Assembly (NCBI GenBank): GCA_020891255.1
Contig: BQFW01000006.1
Coordinates: forward strand, 1,302,001-1,366,000
Reading direction: 5' to 3'
Length of the DNA stretch: 64,000 nt
Source: Entomortierella parvispora E1425
Taxonomy: Eukaryota; Fungi; Mortierellomycota
The notes under the pieces were generated by a model, which did not search any database, was not told the origin of the DNA, and saw nothing but the letters and a program-made list of their open reading frames with translations. The position numbers and the translations under genes are program-made. Below are positions 25,401 to 33,892 of the stretch, piece by piece (position 1 is the stretch's first letter; each line of letters starts with the position of its first letter).

Positions 25401-27704
25401 GGGGTATTCAAGTCATTAGGTCACCGCCATGGAGAGAAGGGTCGCACCAGTCAGGATCTCAACGATAATGAAAACTCCAAGGACCACCATATGGACGGCA
25501 TCAGCAAAACGGACGGTGCAAAGACTCTATCGTCTGCGAACTCGAAAGTACCAGCCACTGTCAAGGCGTTGGCTCTGGCCTCTGCAATGACCAACATTGA
25601 AGAAGAAGATGAAGCCGAGAAGGGGTTGCAGTACTATTACCCAGATCCATACTACAGTCTTACTGAGTTCAAAAAGCCCTCGAAAATTGGCGCGGATCAA
25701 ATGGGCACAGCCATGGACAGATCAACTTCGGGCGGGTCTACCAGACTCCCACTCTCTGCTGCCCCACTGTCCGAAGACAAGTTGTTCCGGAGCAGTGGAC
25801 CTGTCATTTGTACAGACAATCCCATGTTGGACTACACGCTGAACAAGAATGCTCGCCCAGCCTCCTCTATTTCACTCTCGCCCACTGTTTCGTCATTGAC
25901 AAACAAGTCTGCTCAGGGACCCAAAAAGATGACCAAGGCCGAGGCTTTGCTGCAAGGCGCTCTTTTGGGCAGTGGTTCGTCCGTTCTGAGCACATCCAAG
26001 CTGATCTCTTCTCCACTTCCAGAACCTCCCAAGGATTCGTCGGCCTCCATCATGTCCCGGTCTTCTTCAAACTCCAAGAAGTTTGGCAAGATCAAGTCAA
26101 GGAACAGTCGGTCAAAATCCGATGCAACAACTGGACTTACAGGCAATTCATCCTCAACGCCGGCAATGGAACGACCTAGCACGGACTCGATGGCGTCGAT
26201 GATGTCAAACTCCAGCGCCCTGACGACCTTGCCCATTACTACGACCCGGCAGCCTAGTGTCCCTTCGGCGCCTGTTATTCCTCCACCTGTTCAAACGTCC
26301 TTGTCGCCTCCACCGCGCCAGGGATGGGCTCGATCAAAGTCCTTTCAGGGCACGGCACCAGCCCTCACGGCCGCCGCGTTGATGCAAAAGCTACCAGTGC
26401 CGGCCGTCCCTGGAACCAACATGTCCATCGACACCAAATTGGCGAACCAACACAACTCTGGTTCAAGTACCAGTCAAAAGAGCAACAACGACGCCCCTCC
26501 TTCGTCCTCGAGTGAGACCAGAAGTTCTCGCGAGTCCTCCCAAGGCTCACCCTCCACAGCGACATCCTCCACCCATGAGAGTATCCTGACCTCTCTACAG
26601 CAACAGCAACTTTCGTCCTCACCACCACTGTCTCCACCTATGACAGCTTCCTCGACCGCATCATCGTCCTCGTTCAATCGTCTGGGTAGTCTCAAGCCGC
26701 GGACATCCATGGATCCAAGGAATAACTCGTTAGAACGGGATAGTGAGGTATCGAGATCGATGCTGTTGGGCAAGGATCGAACTGCGTTCAGCACCGCGGC
26801 CAAGGACATGCGTCGGACCAGTACTCTACACCAACGCTCAGTCGACAATCTGGCTTCGGCCTATTACTACAAACGGGCTGCAGAATTGAATGGAGCCACG
26901 GCGGGATCCCCCAGGAATGGGGCGGTCAACACCTCGAATGGATTCCAGTCTCATCAACAGCAGCAGTCTGCCCTTCCCTCTCCTGTTCCTTCTCCTTCGA
27001 CGCCATCCCAAGTCCAGTCTGGGTTCAGTTATTACGGTGTAGGAGGCAATGGAGGAGGAGACAGTGGCCGGAACTCGCCCTCACAACCCAATCCGATGCT
27101 CCATGGCGGTCCGTCTACACACTCTGTCCCATCTTTGGCGTCGTCCTCTGCTTCAACGCTGGCTTCTGGCTCTGCCTCCGGCCCTGGATCCGGCCCAGGC
27201 TTGTCAGCAGGCGTGGGTAGCTTTTATTATCAGAAGCAACATCAGGCAGGAAAATCCAGTGTGGATTTCACTGCCCCTGGCACAAGTACACCCGGGATTG
27301 TCATGATGCCAGGCGGGGGTTCATACATGTCCTCGCAGTCTACGACCATGGGAGGATCAGGGACAGGGACAGGGACAGGAGGAGAAGTTGGAGGAACAGC
27401 CATGACTGCGTCCTTGTCAGGTTCAAGAGGGATTTCGTCCTCGGAGGAACAACATAGTCGCACGGGGAGCATCACCAAGAGTAGCGCACAGTGGATCACG
27501 ACGGAAGATGACCCTTGGACAGTGGCAATGATTGCCCGTGCTCAACAACAGCAGCAGCAGCAACAGCAGCAACAGCAACAGTCGATCAAGTCCAGTGCTC
27601 CTTTGCAAGATTCACTCGGGCACGCTTCTTCGCGGGAGAGTGTCGACCGTCATTCAAAATTACTGGCAATTGTCCCAGCGGACTCAACCACAGGAGAATG
27701 GTGA
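22448..27704 (+). CDS. Seven-transmembrane protein B with glycosylatable N-terminus and ~1,300-aa disordered Ser/Pro/Gln-rich C-terminal tail, ~1686 aa; join(22448..23431,23546..24368,24451..27704)
   Basis: GTAAGC/TAG (phase 0) and GTATGT/CAG (phase 1) introns join ORFs 22430, 23615 and 24438 (5061 nt). There are 7 hydrophobic helices homologous to protein A, and N-x-S/T sites before TM1 and in a Cys-containing loop. Confidence 0.8.
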
Positions 27705-28285
27705 TAGGAGCTTGAGCTCAGGACCTATCTTGGGTCTCTCCGGCAACAGCCTCAGTGGCAATGGCGATGGGTATGACTTTGGGGTTAGCTTCTATGGATC
27801 GAGTCATCGCCAGCGCCCAGAAACAGTAGGCAGAAGGAAATTCAACATAGGTAGAACGTAGCACTCGAGCTTGCCTGTAAATAGTAAATAGATAGGACCG
27901 TGCGCTTCCACCCATGTTTTTTTTTTGTTGTCGAACTGAAAGAGCTCCGAGTTGAAGAAGGTCGTTTGTGAGCCGTCACAATTGTTCCCCAGCACGGCTT
28001 GCATACAGGAAATAAATGTGCATGATGACGGACGTGTGCATGGTACTGTGCAAAGTCCCAAAAGAGAAAAAAGAGAAACCCTCTGGACGCAGGGCATGGT
28101 GCCCCAAGAGTCATCCTCCTCCCCCCCCCCCCCTTTTTTTTTTTCTTTTGTGCAACTGGCGATGTTCATAGTTTCAGACTTTTTCGTCCTCAGGCTGAGT
28201 CGTATAAAAGGAAAGCGATCCCCATGCGTAATTATATCTTCAACTTAATCGTTCTCACCGACTTTCTTATTAACATATACTCCCA

Positions 28286-28504
28286 ATGCCCCGCATGCCT
28301 GCAAACCGCGATCTTGCCTCCAGCGCACCCCAGTCTCTGTTCCTAGAAGTGCTCAACGACCCCGAGGAAGAGCCTCAATTGCCAGGTGGCGACGACATGA
28401 ACTTTGTGGAGGCGCCTATTCTCCTTGGCGACCCTACTTTGAACTCTGAGAGCCAGCTCCCTCTGTCAGGCGAAAGCGAAGCTGAAGGCCAAGCCGAACA
28501 ATAA
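28286..28504 (+). CDS. Small acidic peptide P1 (72 aa), array member type A
   Basis: Intact ORF MPRMPANRDLASSAPQSLFLEVLNDPEEEPQLPGGDDMNFVEAPILLGD... with TATAAAA at 28203-28209 and four paralogous ORFs downstream. Confidence 0.65.
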   Translation: MPRMPANRDLASSAPQSLFLEVLNDPEEEPQLPGGDDMNFVEAPILLGDPTLNSESQLPLSGESEAEGQAEQ

Positions 28505-28962
28505 CGCGACAAAAGGTGTCATTGGACATGTACTTTTGTCTGGCATTCCCCTCCAAGACATGCTTTGGTTCCCATATTCAAAACGAGGTCAGAACAACAG
28601 TCATAGGTCCCCCGTGCATCTTCCCTTCATGATCTGAGAAGAGAGAACGGCTGCCGTCAAGAGACAAGACAAGAGAGACAAGCCCGAGCTGAGAACGTAG
28701 GAGGTGAGGTGGACAAGTAGCAACAATCGAACGCGTTCCTGAAATAAAACAAACCGCCACGACTTGGTGACAAGTCGCGCGTGGCACAATTTTTTTCCTT
28801 GCAGAGAGCCATACGAGGAACTCGCGCTTCAACGAGTTCAAACCAGTCTTAAGAGACCCAATGCCCTGGTTCATGGATATGCAATAAACTAAAAAAACAA
28901 CTCAACACTAAGTGTTCTGCTTAGATCGGGATCTGACAGGGGGGACTCAGTGAACTGGGGCA

Positions 28963-29335
28963 ATAGTGCACGGTGGATCATGACTGAAGATGGTCCTGGA
29001 CGGTGGTGATGATTGCGCGTGCTCGACAGCTGCTGCTGCTACAGAGTCAATAAAGTCGTGTCCGTTTGCAAGATGCTCTCAGGTACGCTTCTTCGCGGGA
29101 GATTGTCGACCGGCATTCAAAATACTCGCAATTGTCACAGCAGATTCAACCACAGGACTCAGGAGAATGGTGAGAGGATTTTGAGCCCAGGACCCATCTT
29201 GAATCTATCCGGCAACAGCCTCAGCGGCAATGGCGATGAGTATGGCTTTGGGGCTAGCTCCTATGGATTGAGCCATCGCCACCCACAGCAACAGTAGGCG
29301 AAAGGGGATTTCAACAATCGCAGCGCTCGAGCCTA
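28963..29335 (+). pseudogene. Decayed duplicate of the 7TM-B 3' coding end and 3' UTR (source ~27480-27870)
   Basis: Colinear with the source (gtggatca.gac.gaagatg..., attcaaaatact.gcaattgtc.cagc.ga.tcaaccacagga, tccggcaacagcctcag.ggcaatggcgatg). It is frameshifted and the CAG tract has collapsed. Confidence 0.85.
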
Positions 29336-29562
29336 CAATAGAGAGGCACTGTGGTCGCTGCTCATTATATACTTCCTGTGTCCCATCGATCCAGTCTGCA
29401 CAGCCGAATCGCGCAGAAAGAGGGCCAATCAAATTGAGCGACACACTTTAATCCTGCCTGCTGGTGTTCATACATAAATGGAGACACACCCCGCTCCCTG
29501 TGAGTAGTTTGATCTTCAGTCTCTCTCTCTCCACCTCTTCTTAACATACACACACACCCCCA

Positions 29563-29772
29563 ATGCGTCGCATGCCTACAAGCCGCACCAATCCCTCCCC
29601 TGTCGCACCCCAGTCGCTATTCCTGGAAGTGTTCAACGATCCCACAGAAGAGCCTCAATTGCCCGGTGGCGGCGACATGAGCTTTGTAGAGGTACCTATT
29701 CCCCTTGGCGAACCCACCTCGAATTCTGAGAACCAGCTCGATCCGTCAGGCGAAAACGAAACTGAAGGCTAA
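29563..29772 (+). CDS. Small acidic peptide P2 (69 aa), array member type B
   Basis: MRRMPTSRTNPSPVAPQSLFLEVFNDPTEEPQLPGGGDMSFVEVPIPLGE... A TAA in place of the CAA codon of the other copies removes the last three residues only. Confidence 0.62.
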   Translation: MRRMPTSRTNPSPVAPQSLFLEVFNDPTEEPQLPGGGDMSFVEVPIPLGEPTSNSENQLDPSGENETEG

Positions 29773-30199
29773 GCCGAACAATAACGCGACAAAAGGTGCC
29801 GTTGGACACGTGCCTTTGACGGCATTTCCCCCGAGACATGCCTTGGTTCCCATATTCAAGACGAGATCAGAAACAACGTAGGCCCCCGTGCATCTTTCCT
29901 TTATGATCCGACAAGAGAAAACGGCTGCCGTCAAGATATAATACAAGAGAGACAAGCCCAGTATCGAACGCGCTCCTGAAATAAAACAAACCGTCACGAC
30001 TTGGTGACAAGTCGCGCGTGGCACAATTTTTTTTTCCCTGCAGAGAGCCATATGAGGAACTCACACTTCAAGAATTCAAACCAGTCCCAAGAGGCCCAAT
30101 GCCTTGGTTCATGGATATGCAATAAACTGAAAAACAATACAACACCAAGTGTTCTGCTTAGATCGGGATCTGACAAAGGGGATCCAGTGAACTGGGGCA

Positions 30200-30590
30200 A
30201 TAGTGCACGGTGGATCACGACTGAAGATGGTCCTGGACGGTGGTGATGATTCCGCGTGCTCAACAGCAGCAGCAGCCACAACAACAGCAGCCACAGCAAC
30301 AGTCAATAAAGTCGTGTCCGTTTGCAAGATACTCTTGGGCACGCTTCTTCGCGGGAAATTATAGACTGGCATTCAAATTACTTGCAGTTGTCACAGCAGA
30401 TTCAACCACAGGAGAACGAGAGGAGTTTGAGCCGAAGACCCATCTTGGATCTATCCGGCAACAGCCTCAGCACCAATGGCGATGAGTATGGCTTTGGGGC
30501 TAGCTTCTATGGATTGAGTCATCGCCACCCACAGCAACAGCAGGCGAAAGCGGATTTCAAGAATCGTAGGTAGAAGGTGGCGCTCGAGCC
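30200..30590 (+). pseudogene. Second decayed duplicate of the 7TM-B 3' end
   Basis: Translates MIPRAQQQQQPQQQQPQQQSIKS...KLLAVVTADSTTGE, matching the 7TM-B C-terminus MIARAQ...SIKS...KLLAIVPADSTTGEW, with a frameshifted middle. Confidence 0.85.
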
Positions 30591-30823
30591 TACAAAAGAG
30601 AGGACCGCACGTGCCCAGGGTCGCTGCTCTTTATTCTTTTTCTCCCTGTCTGTGCGAGGGTAACTTTGCCTCTGATTAATAAATTCAAAGTGCCCGTCGA
30701 CCCGCAACTTGGCGTGGTTGGTCGGTCGACCGTGCATCTCTTTTGTCCTACAAAAGGAAGACACACCCCGCACGTAACTTGATCTTGAGCCTTCTCCGAC
30801 TTTCTTATTAACATATACTCCCA

Positions 30824-31042
30824 ATGCCCCGCATACCTCCAAACCGCGATCTTGCCTCCAGCGCACCCCAGTCTTTGTTCCTAGAAGTGTTCAAGGACCC
30901 CGAGGAAGAGCCTCAGTTGCCCGGTGACGACGACATGACCTTTGTGGAGGTGCCTATTCACCTTGGCGATCCTACTTTGAACTCCGAGAGCCAGTTCCCT
31001 CTGTCGGGCGAGAACGAAACTGAGGGCCAATTCGAACAATAA
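30824..31042 (+). CDS. Small acidic peptide P3 (72 aa), array member type A
   Basis: MPRIPPNRDLASSAPQSLFLEVFKDPEEEPQLPGDDDMTFVEVPIHLGD... It shares the upstream ttcttattaacatatactcccaATG with P1. Confidence 0.65.
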   Translation: MPRIPPNRDLASSAPQSLFLEVFKDPEEEPQLPGDDDMTFVEVPIHLGDPTLNSESQFPLSGENETEGQFEQ

Positions 31043-31534
31043 CGCGACAAGAGGTGTCGTTGGACACGTACCGTTGTCTGACATTTCCCCCGAGACATGC
31101 TTTGGCTCCCGTATTCAAGACAAGGTCAGAACAACAACCATAGGTCCCCGTGCATCTTCTTCCCTTTATGATCCGACAAGAGAGAACGGTTGCCGTCAAG
31201 AGACAAGACGAGAGAGATGAGATCTTAGGAGGTGAGGTGGACAAGTAGCAACAATCGAACGTGTTCCTGAAATAAAACCGTCAGGACTTGGTGACAGGTC
31301 GCCCGGGGCACAATTTTTTTCTTTCTTGCAACAAGCCATAAGAAGAACCCGCATTTCAAGAGTTCAAACCAGACCCAAGGGATGCAATGTCCTGGCTAGT
31401 GGATATGCAATAAACTGGAAAAAAAAAAAAAAAAAAAAAAAACGATGCCCATGTGCCATGCAAGAAAAAAGACTCAGATCTTGCTTAGATCGGGATCTAA
31501 CAAGGAAGACCCAGTGAGCTGGAGGACGACAGTA

Positions 31535-31582
31535 CCACCGAATCCGATTCTCTATGGCGGTCCATCTACACACGGTTCTGTC
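31535..31582 (+). pseudogene. Short decayed copy of 7TM-B internal segment (source ~27087-27130)
   Basis: aatccgattctctatggcggtccatctacacac matches aatccgatgctccatggcggtccgtctacacac in 7TM-B. Confidence 0.7.
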
Positions 31583-31977
31583 TGCATATTCTGTCCTCGC
31601 TGTCCACATCTCTGGGAGGAGCAGGAGCAGGAACGGACTGCTACAAAACAAAAACGCGCCTACGCAGCGAACGTGATCCTCCGTCATTAGCCCCCCTCCT
31701 TTCTTGTGTTCCCAAGAGAAAAAAAGTAAGTGATTCTTGTGGACCAGAGAGGAAGCACTTGTCAGGAACCTGATTGGCCCTCCCCCCGCCCTTCAGTTTT
31801 TTTTTTTTTTTTTTTTGCTCCTTTGCGTGTCAGAGTTTGCACCTATTCAACGAAAACCCTGGGCTTTGCCGTTTGTTTAACGTTTGTTTAAAAGGTAGAC
31901 CTCCCTGTGAGTAATTTGATCTTCAGTCTCTTTTTCTCTCTCTCTCTCCACCTCTTCTTAACATACATACACTCCCA

Positions 31978-32199
31978 ATGCGTCGCATGCCCACAAGCCG
32001 CACCAATGCCTCCCCTGTCGCACCCCAGTCCCTGTTCCTGGAAGTGTTCAACGATCCCACGGAAGAGCCTCAATTGCCCGGTGACGACGACATGAACTTT
32101 GTAGAGATAGTTATTCACCTTGGCGAACCCACCTCGAATTCCGAGAACCAGCTCGTTCCGTTAGGCGAAAACGAAACTGAAGGCCAAGTCGAACAATAA
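31978..32199 (+). CDS. Small acidic peptide P4 (73 aa), array member type B
   Basis: MRRMPTSRTNASPVAPQSLFLEVFNDPTEEPQLPGDDDMNFVEIVIHLGE... The upstream sequence is homologous to that of P2. Confidence 0.65.
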   Translation: MRRMPTSRTNASPVAPQSLFLEVFNDPTEEPQLPGDDDMNFVEIVIHLGEPTSNSENQLVPLGENETEGQVEQ

Positions 32200-32685
32200 C
32201 GCGACGAGAAGTGTCGTTGGACGCGTACCTTTGTATGGCAGTTTCCTCCGAGACATGCCTTGGTTCCCATATTCAAGACAAGGTCAGAACAACAGTCATA
32301 GGTCCCCCGTGCATCTTCCCTTTATGATCCGACAAGAGAAAGCGACTTTTGTCAAGATATAATACAAGAGAAACGAGCCCAAGCTGAGTACGTAGGAGGT
32401 GAGGAGGACAAGTAGTAACAATTGAACGCGTTCCTGAAATAAAACCGTCATGACTTTGGTCTTTTTTTTTCTTTCCTGCAGCAAGCCATAAGAAGAATCC
32501 GCATTTCAAGAGTTCAAACCAGACCCAAGGGACGTAATATCCTGGCTCATGGATATGCAATAAACTGGAAAAAAAAAAATAAAAAAAAAAAACGATGCCC
32601 ATGTGCTATGCAAGAAAAGAGTCTCAGATCTTGCTTGGATCGAGATCTTACAAGGAGGACCCTGTGAACTGGAGTATGACAGCAC

Positions 32686-32847
32686 CACCAAATCCGATGC
32701 TCTGTGGCAGTCCTTCTACACTCTCTGTCCCATTTCTGACTTCTTCTGCTTCGACGATGGCTTCTGGTTCCTCATCTGGTCCTGGATGCTGCCTGGGATT
32801 GTTAGCAGGTGCGGCAGCTTTTATTATCAGAAGCAACATCAGGCAGG
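32686..32847 (+). pseudogene. Decayed copy of 7TM-B internal segment (source ~27087-27250)
   Basis: Ends in agcttttattatcagaagcaacatcaggcagg, identical to ~27219-27250. The upstream part is colinear with PNPML...SVP.L.SSSAST.ASGS. Confidence 0.8.
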
Positions 32848-32865
32848 CCCCTATTCCATTGTATG

Positions 32866-33005
32866 TCTTCCCAAGCTAGAGCCTCAGTTGCCGGACCAAT
32901 ACGCCGCAGACCTCATGTGGGGATCTGCTCACCTTGGTGGCGATTCTGTGGACTAGCCCATGGCACCAGATACAAACAAAAAACAACCCCCAAGACGAAT
33001 GATTA
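32866..33005 (+). pseudogene. 5'-truncated copy of the P5 C-terminal module
   Basis: Reads EPQLPDQYAADLMWGSAHLGGDSVD*PMAPDTNK, with TAG where P5 has GAG. It has no own start and is fused to 7TM-B-derived DNA. Confidence 0.7.
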
Positions 33006-33342
33006 ACGCAGTTGTGTAAGTAGAAGATGCTTACTCAGTTCTGCACCCCTATGCTTCGCCTCAGTCTTGCTGAAAAATACAAAATCTCGCCGTTTGCTAT
33101 GGGGTCGCGCTGCCAAAAGAGGAAGGGCCGACTGAGCACCCTCCTCCCGCTGTCGCACTAGGGCCGTGTGACAGATTGGGACGAAGGGCGACCCCATGGA
33201 AAACAGCAGAAAAAAAATATTTACCTGATGAGGAGGATGGGTTCAGAGCTGAGCACCGCACGCATCCCAGACTATTGAGAATAAAAAGCAAAAGCTGGGT
33301 CCTTCATCGACTCGCTTTTCTCATCTTGATATACACTCCCCA

Positions 33343-33627
33343 ATGCCTTGCATGTTTACAAATCACACCAGACTCACCCCCGAGTCCCTATTCCTAGAGG
33401 TTGTATACTTTACCGAGGAAGAACCTCAGTTGCCAGATCAGCACATTGCAGACCTCGTGGTGGAACCTATTCACCTTGGTGACCTTGGTGACCTTCCCGG
33501 GCAAGAACCCCAACTGTCCGACCATTACGTTGCAGACCTCATGATAGGGCCTGCTCACCTCGATGGCGATTCTATGGATGAGCCCATGGCACCAGATACA
33601 AACAAAATCAACCCCCCAAACGAATAA
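33343..33627 (+). CDS. Small acidic peptide P5 (94 aa), divergent member with two EPQL-core modules
   Basis: PESLFLEV...EEEPQLP-DQHIADLVVEP-IHLGD...EPQLS-DHYVADLMIGP-AHLDGD, with the same ccccaATG start context as the other members. Confidence 0.55.
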   Translation: MPCMFTNHTRLTPESLFLEVVYFTEEEPQLPDQHIADLVVEPIHLGDLGDLPGQEPQLSDHYVADLMIGPAHLDGDSMDEPMAPDTNKINPPNE

Positions 33628-33855
33628 TTAGCCTGCCTCCTTTCTTCGAGTCCAAGAGAATCACTTTCTTGATTCGAGTTGATTGGCCCTTCTTTCGGTT
33701 TTGTGTAACTTGATTCTCGCTGGAAAGCAGAAAAAAGCTTGGGCACAAGAAAGGAGGGCGGCTATTAACGTGATGGAGTCAACGCGGTATACTTACTCTG
33801 TCTGACGCTCTCTTGTTCTGCGCTCCTTTGCTCCGCCCCAGAGCATCGCCACGCT

Positions 33856-33892
<37 letters not shown>

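Larger units (their letters stand above)
28200..33630 (+). repeat. Diverged tandem array of ~1.15-1.37 kb units (ATG-to-ATG 1277, 1261, 1154, 1365 bp) with A-B-A-B higher-order structure
   Basis: Each of the first four units consists of a TATA-like box, a peptide ORF, a conserved ~400-bp downstream block (cgcgac...cccatattcaa...ggtcccccgtgcatctt...gagttcaaaccag...ggatatgcaataaact...agatcgggatct) and, at the end, a 7TM-B-derived fragment. Confidence 0.93.

Noticed and set aside
28286-33627. Peptides as classical mating pheromones or Kex2-processed repeat proteins
   Set aside because: There is no C-terminal CaaX, no signal peptide and no KR/RR-delimited repeats.
28200-33630. Array as a CRISPR locus, transposon or SINE cluster
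   Set aside because: Units are >1 kb and diverged, with no short repeat-spacer pattern, transposase, TIRs, TSDs or Pol III boxes seen. Poly-A runs are ubiquitous in this genome, so they are weak evidence of retroposition.
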